A DNA stretch of 32,000 nt, taken from Candidatus Iainarchaeum sp. (GTDB lineage Archaea > Iainarchaeota > Iainarchaeia > Iainarchaeales > CSSED10-239). Each line of letters starts with the position of its first letter. Positions within the stretch are counted from its first letter, which is position 1. Position numbers and translations under genes: made by a program. The notes under the pieces were generated by a model, which saw only the letters and a program-made list of their open reading frames with translations, was not told where the DNA came from and made no database searches. The stretch covers positions 25,585-57,584 of the forward strand of contig JAQVTI010000004.1 in assembly GCA_028700115.1 (NCBI GenBank), in the 5' to 3' direction. Positions 25,800 through 32,000 of the stretch are shown here, piece after piece.

Positions 25800-27548
25800 A
25801 TGTATCTAAAATTAAAAAAAAAAGATATAAATGAAATTCCAAAACAAATTTTTACTAATTGTCCATATGGTTTTTCAAAAAAAGATATAAAAAAAGTTTT
25901 TGCATGTAAAAACTGTAAAGATGCACCTTGTCTTCATGCTTGTAAAAAAGGAGCAATTTATTTTTCTTCAAAAGGAATAATTTCAATCGATCCTGATAAA
26001 TGTGATGGTTGTGGGGAATGTGTAAAAGCATGTAAAGAAAATGCAATTATTTTAAAAAATAATAAAGCTTATAAATGTGATTTGTGTTCACAAATTTCAT
26101 TTGCAATGTATTGTTATAAAAATTATCCTGAATTTTTAGAACTTGTAGATAATCAATCTATAGATGATTCTTTAGAAATAATTAATAAAAATTTAGGATT
26201 TAAGATTATTGAACATAAAGATATTTTAAGGAATTTATCTAAAAATGTATATGAAAAAAAAGATTCTTCAAAAATTTATTTATTTAAACAAAATATATTA
26301 AGTGTAGATGAAATTGAAATAATTAATTCTGTTTTAGATAATTACAAAGAAAATAATAAAGATTTAAAAGATATTAGTGCAATTAAAATTAAAGAAGATT
26401 TAGAAAAAGAATTAATTGATTTTTGTTTTATAAATTCTTTAGAATTAGATTCTGATCAATTTAATTATATTCTTGAAACTATTTTTAATATTTTATATAA
26501 ATATGGACCTTTATCAGAAGCATTAGATGATTATGATCTTGAAGAAATTGTAATTTTAGATATTAATAAAGAAATATATGTTTATCATAAATATTATGGT
26601 TGGTTAATTAGTAATTTAGTTTATCTTTCAAAAGATCTTTTAAGAGAACTTATTAATAAATTATCTTGGTCTTCAAATAAATTTATAACTTTAAAAAATC
26701 CAATATTAAATACATACTTAGAAGATAATTCAAGAATGAATGCTGTAATTTCTCCTATTACAAATAATGTTAGTATAACTATAAGAAAATTTTCTGAAAA
26801 ACCATTTACTTTAAAAGATTTAATTTCTACAAAAACTATTTCTTTAGAAGCACTTGCTTTTTTAAGATTATGTTTTTTAACAGATTCAAATATTCTTGTT
26901 GTTGGGAATACAGGTTCTGGAAAAACAACTACATTAAATACACTTTTAAATTTTATTCCTTCTACAGAAAGATTTATTGTTGTTGAAGATGTTAGAGAGA
27001 TTAATTTTAAGGCTACTCATGTTGTAAATCTTTTGGTAAATGAAGATTTGTCAGTTACTCTTTCTGATTTAGTAATTAATACCTTAAGAATGAGACCAGA
27101 TAGAGTAATAATTGGAGAAATTAGATCTAAGACAGAAGTTATTTCTTTTATGGAATCAATACTTTGTGGTCAAGCAAAAGGAACATATTCTACATTTCAT
27201 TCAAATTCGTCATTAGAAAGTATTAGGCGAATAATGTCTTATGGTATTTTAGAATCTGATCTTTTATCTTTAGATATAATTATTAATCAAAAAAGATTTA
27301 ATAAATATACACAAGAAGGATATAAAGATATTAGGAAAATAATAGAAATTTGTGAAGTTGTTGATAAAAATGGAAAAATTTTTTTAAATATTTTATATAA
27401 ATATAATATTTTTAAAGATGTTTTAGAAAAAATAAATAATCCTATAAAATTAATGAATAAATTTAAATTTTCATTTGGGATTAAAAATATTAAAGAATAT
27501 GATAAATTATTTAAAGATAGTTGTAAGTTTATAGAAAATGAACTATAA
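25800..27548 (+). CDS. FlaI/VirB11/GspE-family secretion ATPase with an N-terminal Cys-rich 4Fe-4S ferredoxin-like domain
   Basis: Cys pattern C36-x2-C39-x4-C44-x3-C48 and C68-x2-C71-x2-C74-x3-C78, plus C93-x2-C96. Walker A is VVGNTGSGKTTTLN (26904-26930 encodes GNTGSGKTT), Walker B is RPDRVIIGEIR, and the His box is GTYSTFHSNS. Confidence 0.8.
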   Translation: MYLKLKKKDINEIPKQIFTNCPYGFSKKDIKKVFACKNCKDAPCLHACKKGAIYFSSKGIISIDPDKCDGCGECVKACKENAIILKNNKAYKCDLCSQISFAMYCYKNYPEFLELVDNQSIDDSLEIINKNLGFKIIEHKDILRNLSKNVYEKKDSSKIYLFKQNILSVDEIEIINSVLDNYKENNKDLKDISAIKIKEDLEKELIDFCFINSLELDSDQFNYILETIFNILYKYGPLSEALDDYDLEEIVILDINKEIYVYHKYYGWLISNLVYLSKDLLRELINKLSWSSNKFITLKNPILNTYLEDNSRMNAVISPITNNVSITIRKFSEKPFTLKDLISTKTISLEALAFLRLCFLTDSNILVVGNTGSGKTTTLNTLLNFIPSTERFIVVEDVREINFKATHVVNLLVNEDLSVTLSDLVINTLRMRPDRVIIGEIRSKTEVISFMESILCGQAKGTYSTFHSNSSLESIRRIMSYGILESDLLSLDIIINQKRFNKYTQEGYKDIRKIIEICEVVDKNGKIFLNILYKYNIFKDVLEKINNPIKLMNKFKFSFGIKNIKEYDKLFKDSCKFIENEL

Positions 27549-27646
27549 ATATATTTAAAAGCTTTTTAGATTATGATTTGATATATATTTAAAATTTTTA
27601 TAATAATATTATTTAGAAAATATATTATAATTTATATGGTAATTAT

Positions 27647-28798
27647 ATGAAATTAGAATTAATTGATTATATTAAATCAGAACGAAAGAAAAAAGTTGAA
27701 GATAAATATATTAAACAAGCTTTATATAATTATGGTTTTACGAAAAAAGAAATTGAAGATTCATTTAAATATATAAAAATAGAAGAAAGTAAATTATTAT
27801 TTAATTTAAAAAGTTCTTTTTCTAAAAATAACAATATAAAAAAAGATAATAATTCTAATTTAAAAGATAAAAATGATACTAAAATACAATTAGATAATAA
27901 TATTCAAAGTAATTTAAAAAAATCTAAATCTAAAAATCTAAAAAGAGAGAAAGATATTAAAATAGATAATAATTATTTAAAATTTAATAAAGATTCTTAT
28001 AGTATAAAATTTTTTTTAGTTTTATTGATTATTATAATTTTTGGGGTTTTATTATATTTTATTTTTATAAAAGAATTATTTCTATTTAATTCTTTAGAAA
28101 AAAATAGTAATTTTGAAATAGAATATATAAATTCATTTAATGATAATGTTTTTGTTTCTGGAAATATTAAAATAAGATCTTTAATAAATAGTTATGATTT
28201 TAATTATTCTGAAAAAATTATTTTAAAAAATATTTCTGAAACAGAATTTAAAAAATATTTTAAAGAATATTTAGAATTAAATATTTATTCTCAACCAATT
28301 ATTATTACAAAATATAATTCGGATTATAGGGATATTTTTAATATTTCAAAAAAGGATGAAAATATAGATTTTTTTAATAAAACTTATGAATTTAATGAAA
28401 TATTATATTCTTTAAAAGAAAAAGGTTTTGAAAAAGAAATTGAATTCATTTTAGATTCTAAAAATTTATTAAATAATTATCATTATTTATTAGAAATAGA
28501 ATATAATAATGTTATTTATAAAATTATTGAAATTATATTAAATAAAAATAATACTCTTTATATTAAAACTTATGATTTAAGAGGATATACAAAAAGTAAA
28601 GAATTAAATAGTTTTCAAGTTGTGGATTATGTTTTAAAAAATACAAATATATTAGATAGTTTGTTATTTAATATTACAAATATTGGAGAAGATTTTTGTG
28701 TAGATTTAGATGAAATTACATGTAAATCTAAAATTGGTTGTTTTCCAGAATATGAATTTGATATTTATGGAAATATGACTTATATTAATTGTAGATAA
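27647..28798 (+). CDS. hypothetical single-pass membrane protein (cytoplasmic Lys-rich N-terminus, extracytoplasmic C-terminal domain with 4 Cys at the end)
   Basis: One TM segment (FFLVLLIIIIFGVLLYFIFI) at about aa 124-146. No class III signal motif. It lies between the ATPase and the platform genes. Confidence 0.45.
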   Translation: MKLELIDYIKSERKKKVEDKYIKQALYNYGFTKKEIEDSFKYIKIEESKLLFNLKSSFSKNNNIKKDNNSNLKDKNDTKIQLDNNIQSNLKKSKSKNLKREKDIKIDNNYLKFNKDSYSIKFFLVLLIIIIFGVLLYFIFIKELFLFNSLEKNSNFEIEYINSFNDNVFVSGNIKIRSLINSYDFNYSEKIILKNISETEFKKYFKEYLELNIYSQPIIITKYNSDYRDIFNISKKDENIDFFNKTYEFNEILYSLKEKGFEKEIEFILDSKNLLNNYHYLLEIEYNNVIYKIIEIILNKNNTLYIKTYDLRGYTKSKELNSFQVVDYVLKNTNILDSLLFNITNIGEDFCVDLDEITCKSKIGCFPEYEFDIYGNMTYINCR

Positions 28799-28840
28799 TG
28801 TATTTATTTTAAAAAATATGATTTTTTATAGGTTAAAAAT

Positions 28841-29578
28841 ATGTTAGATTTTTCTTTTTTAAAAAAGCAAAAAAAAATAATTTTTCAATTTATAATTTCT
28901 TTTTTTATAATCTTTTTTATGTATCTTTGTTTTTCAATTTATTATGATTTTTTTAATATAAATTTTATAATATATATATTTTTTGCAACATTTTTAATGT
29001 TTTTTTCAATAAAATATTTTATAAAAAAAATAAAAGAACATAGTTATAATCAAAAAATAATTTCAGAAATTCCATTTTTTTTGATAAATATTTCTAATGA
29101 TTTAGAAAGAAATTTATCTTTAAAAACATGTCTTGAAAATAGAAGTGATAATACTATTATTGGTAAAAAAATTAGAACTGCATTAAATCTAGTTAAAAAT
29201 TATGGATTTACTTTAAATCAAGCATTATTAAAAGTTTCAAAAGAAAGTAAAGATTTAAGTGTTGTTTTTTATCAATTAGAAGATGTTTTTTCACTTGGGG
29301 GTAAAGATAGAGTTAGTTCTTTAAGAATTTTATGTGATTCTTTTATTGAAAAGCAAATGAATAATTTTAGAAGTTCTTCTTCTAAAATTAATTTTTTATC
29401 ATTAATATTTATTGTTTGTTCTGCAATTGTTCCTGCAATATTTTTGATTTTTACACTTGTAGGAAGTAATTTTTTAGCAATGTCTTTTAGTGCTTTTACA
29501 ATTATATTTTTTACTGTAATTATTTTTCCATTAATAGATATGTTTATTCTTTTGATTATGAAATCAAAATTTGTTTAG
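28841..29578 (+). CDS. half-size FlaJ/TadB/TadC-like platform membrane protein (locus 2)
   Basis: Two N-terminal TM helices, a cytoplasmic helical domain (IPFFLINISNDLERNLSLKTCLE...LNQALLKVS) and C-terminal TM helices. Confidence 0.5.
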   Translation: MLDFSFLKKQKKIIFQFIISFFIIFFMYLCFSIYYDFFNINFIIYIFFATFLMFFSIKYFIKKIKEHSYNQKIISEIPFFLINISNDLERNLSLKTCLENRSDNTIIGKKIRTALNLVKNYGFTLNQALLKVSKESKDLSVVFYQLEDVFSLGGKDRVSSLRILCDSFIEKQMNNFRSSSSKINFLSLIFIVCSAIVPAIFLIFTLVGSNFLAMSFSAFTIIFFTVIIFPLIDMFILLIMKSKFV

Positions 29579-29694
29579 ATTATAAAAATTTATTATAGGG
29601 TGATTTTATAAAAAAAATAAGTTTATTAAAGTTTTTTCAAAATATATTTTTTTATAAGACTAATTTAAATAGAAAGTTATATATTTTAGATTTT

Positions 29695-30513
29695 ATGATT
29701 TATTTTAAAGAACTAATTTTATTTATTTTATTTTCTCTTATTTTATTTTCTATTTTATTTTTTTTAAATATAAATATATTTTTAATATTAATAATTTTAT
29801 TTTGTTTATTTTTTGCATATATTATTTTAAAAGATATTTTTATAAAATATTTAAATGTTTTGAAAACAACTAAATTAGAAGAAGAATTAATTTTAGAATT
29901 ATTAAGGCTTTCATCATTACCTAAAGTAAATGATTTAAAGTTTATTATAGAAAAGTTAAGTAAATCAGATACTAAAATTTTGTCAAAAGAATTTATTTTA
30001 ATTTCTTCTAAAATTAAAAAAGGGCATTTAGCATCTTCTTCTTTAGATTTAATTAAGAATAAATATCATTCTAGATTTATTTCTAATTTTATAGATTTAT
30101 TAGAATTAATTGTAAAATCAGGAACTGTATCTATAAAAGATTTTAGAAATTTAGCAAATAATTTTTTAAAATCAAAAGAAATTATAAATGAACGAAAATC
30201 TATTCTCTTAATGCAAAAATATACTATTATTTTTGCAGGAGGAATAATTGTCCCAGCAATATTAGGTATTGTTGTTTCTTTAGTTTCAAAACTTTCTTCT
30301 TCTTTAGATATTACATTATTAGGGCTTAGTTCTAATTTAAATTTATATAATGTAAGTTATTATTGTTCAATTATATATATTATAGAATATATTATTATTT
30401 CTTCAATATATTTATCTTTTTTAGAAGATAATTCTAAAAAATTTGTAGTATATCTAGTTTTATTTTTACCAGTAAGTATTTTAATCTTTTTTACTCTTAA
30501 ATATTTAATTTAA
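29695..30513 (+). CDS. half-size FlaJ/TadB/TadC-like platform membrane protein (locus 2)
   Basis: Same topology as the other platform-like genes: TM helices, a ~120-aa cytoplasmic domain, then TM helices. Confidence 0.5.
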   Translation: MIYFKELILFILFSLILFSILFFLNINIFLILIILFCLFFAYIILKDIFIKYLNVLKTTKLEEELILELLRLSSLPKVNDLKFIIEKLSKSDTKILSKEFILISSKIKKGHLASSSLDLIKNKYHSRFISNFIDLLELIVKSGTVSIKDFRNLANNFLKSKEIINERKSILLMQKYTIIFAGGIIVPAILGIVVSLVSKLSSSLDITLLGLSSNLNLYNVSYYCSIIYIIEYIIISSIYLSFLEDNSKKFVVYLVLFLPVSILIFFTLKYLI

Positions 30514-30551
30514 TTTTTAGAATTAATATTTAATTTTTATAGTGACAAAAT

Positions 30552-31151
30552 ATGATTGAAGAAATATTACTCTTTTTTGATTTTTTTTTATCAAATATAA
30601 ATTATTTTAGTATTTTTTTTTTAATGTTAATTGAAAGTTCATTTATCCCATTTCCATCAGAATTAATTATGATACCTGCAGGATATCTTGCATTTAAAGG
30701 GAATTTAAATATATTTTTAGTAATTTTTTTTGGGATATTAGGATCTATTATTGGGGCTTTAATAAATTATTTTATTGGTAAATTTTTAGGGATCCATTTT
30801 ATTTTAAAAAAGAAAAAATTTTTATTTATAAATTTTAAAACTTTAAATAAATCTGAAATTTTTTTTAGAAAATATGGGAACATTACAACTTTTATAGGTA
30901 GATTAATACCTGCTGTTAGGCAATATATTTCTGTTCCTGCTGGTATTTTTAAAATGAATATTTCTAAATTTATATTGTATACTTTTTTTGGTTCTTTTAT
31001 ATGGAATGTATTTTTAGTTATTTTAGGTTTTTTTATAGGAGAAAGTATTTCTGCATCTATTATAAATATTTATAATCTTGTAATTTTAATTGTTTTAGGA
31101 ATTGTAATATTATTTGTATTTATTTTTTATATTTTTAAAAATAAAAGATAG
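30552..31151 (+). CDS. DedA/VTT (SNARE-associated) family membrane protein
   Basis: LIESSFIPFPSELIMIPAGYLA and FIGRLIPAVRQYISVPAGI are the two DedA signature segments. Confidence 0.75.
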   Translation: MIEEILLFFDFFLSNINYFSIFFLMLIESSFIPFPSELIMIPAGYLAFKGNLNIFLVIFFGILGSIIGALINYFIGKFLGIHFILKKKKFLFINFKTLNKSEIFFRKYGNITTFIGRLIPAVRQYISVPAGIFKMNISKFILYTFFGSFIWNVFLVILGFFIGESISASIINIYNLVILIVLGIVILFVFIFYIFKNKR

Positions 31152-31233
31152 TTTAAGACATCTATTTTTAAATGTTTTTGTATAAATATTTATTTATTAT
31201 ATATCTAGTTTTTAAAGTTTAATTTAACTTTTT

Positions 31234-31305
31234 GCCCTAGTAGTCTATCGGTTAGGATGCGACCCTGTCAAGGTCGCGGGACGGGTCCGACTCCCGTCTA
31301 GGGCG
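31234..31305 (+). tRNA. tRNA-Asp (anticodon GTC), 72 nt, no encoded CCA
   Basis: Hand-folded cloverleaf. Acceptor stem gccctag/ctagggc, anticodon stem cgacc/ggtcg with loop ctGTCaa, T stem acggg/cccgt. A T-run follows. Confidence 0.85.
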
Positions 31306-31425
31306 CTTTTTTTAATATTTTTATAAATACCTTTAAATACTTTTATCTACTTTAATATTTATAGTTAAAGCAATTTCTTTTTAATAATTTTAAAAATTAA
31401 ATGTTTTATCTGTTTAATGTATTTT

Positions 31426-31508
31426 GCAGAGGTGGCGGAGTGGTCAAACGCACTAGCCTGCTAAGCTAGAGTCTTTGGACTACACGGGTTCGAATCCCGT
31501 CCTCTGCG
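31426..31508 (+). tRNA. tRNA-Ser (anticodon GCT), type II with a long variable arm, 83 nt, no encoded CCA
   Basis: Acceptor stem gcagagg/cctctgc, anticodon stem ctagc/gctag with loop ctGCTaa, variable arm agtc-tttg-gact, T arm acggg-ttcgaat-cccgt. Confidence 0.85.
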
Positions 31509-32000
31509 TAACCGGTTTCGCTCGGTTAATGCGCAATGGTTGTAAGCAGTTGACACCCAATGGTAAGCAGTTTGCTGTAAGTAGCTTTAAACAGTGGCTT
31601 TATAACAAAAAGTTTGTAAAAGACTATGAAGTTGGATTAATTAACAAATTATCCTTATTATTTGTAAAAGAGCAAAAACATACGTATACTTTTTCTGAGC
31701 TATCTGATATAATTAAAATAAAATTAGAACAGATAAATGAAGACAAATATCTTAATAGATTAGTAAGACAGATCTTAAATTATTTGTTAGAAAGTGATAT
31801 TGTATCTGATAATGATGTGTCTTATATTAAAAAGAAATTAAAAACTAAGCAATATAATGCTGATAACTATGTACCTACAGACACTGAAATACAGAAAAAT
31901 CTTTCAAAGTTAACTACAAATAATAGATTAGTGTCATTAGTGTCATTAGTGTCGGGTGTAAGGAAGGTAGAATTGAACTATTTGATAAAGAACTTAAATA
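31509..32000 (+). mobile_element. probable left edge of a tRNA-Ser-integrated element (virus, plasmid or island)
   Basis: An integrase gene abuts the tRNA 3' end. The DNA after 31508 is visibly less AT-biased than the rest of the window. Confidence 0.5.
31529..32000 (+). CDS. tyrosine recombinase / integrase, N-terminal part (runs off the window end)
   Basis: Absent from the ORF track because no stop lies in the window. The frame is open from 31457 to 32000 with its first ATG at 31529. YVPTDTEIQKNL...LVSLVSGVRKVELNYLIKNL matches the start of the catalytic domain (xP[TS]xxEixxLl...xxTGxRxxELxxL), including the first catalytic Arg context. Confidence 0.6.
   Translation, partial: MRNGCKQLTPNGKQFAVSSFKQWLYNKKFVKDYEVGLINKLSLLFVKEQKHTYTFSELSDIIKIKLEQINEDKYLNRLVRQILNYLLESDIVSDNDVSYIKKKLKTKQYNADNYVPTDTEIQKNLSKLTTNNRLVSLVSLVSGVRKVELNYLIKNLN

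Noticed and set aside
25855-26046. 63-aa minus-strand ORF
   Set aside because: It is antisense to the Cys-rich domain of the ATPase gene.

Overview
Extremely AT-rich (by eye about one-fifth to one-quarter G+C), gene-dense archaeal DNA. Archaeal markers are ribosomal protein L10e, an aCPSF-type beta-CASP RNase, a cis-prenyltransferase, a FlaK/PibD-type GxGD peptidase and class III (type IV pilin-like) signal peptides. The style fits a small-genome, DPANN-like archaeon, which is an inference. The main content is two type IV pilus-like assembly loci. Locus 1 (3919-17731) encodes a prepilin peptidase and a FlaI-family protein that has lost its Walker A, Walker B and His-box motifs and carries a ~500-aa low-complexity N-terminal extension. 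It also encodes two half-size FlaJ/TadBC-like platform proteins, a DUF192 protein and three large pilin-headed modular surface proteins. These share a ~170-aa head module and carry different cargo: LamG domains, a 7 x ~54-aa repeat block apparently nested inside a LamG domain, and CGDxxC repeats followed by 19 DUF285-type repeats. Locus 2 (25800-30513) encodes an ATPase with intact motifs fused to an N-terminal Cys-rich ferredoxin-like domain, a membrane-anchored protein and two more half-size platform proteins, but no pilins or peptidase. Housekeeping genes lie between and around the loci: ACD beta-like ATP-grasp, PHP, uppS, DUF4349, L10e, Trm11-like, ndk, a SAM methyltransferase, PPC/DUF296, a motif-degenerate Prs homologue and DedA. 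The 3' end has tRNA-Asp(GTC) and tRNA-Ser(GCT). tRNA-Ser is followed directly by a partial tyrosine-recombinase gene in visibly less AT-biased DNA, probably the edge of an integrated element. No rRNA or CRISPR array was seen. All homology calls come from reading motifs by eye; no database search was run.
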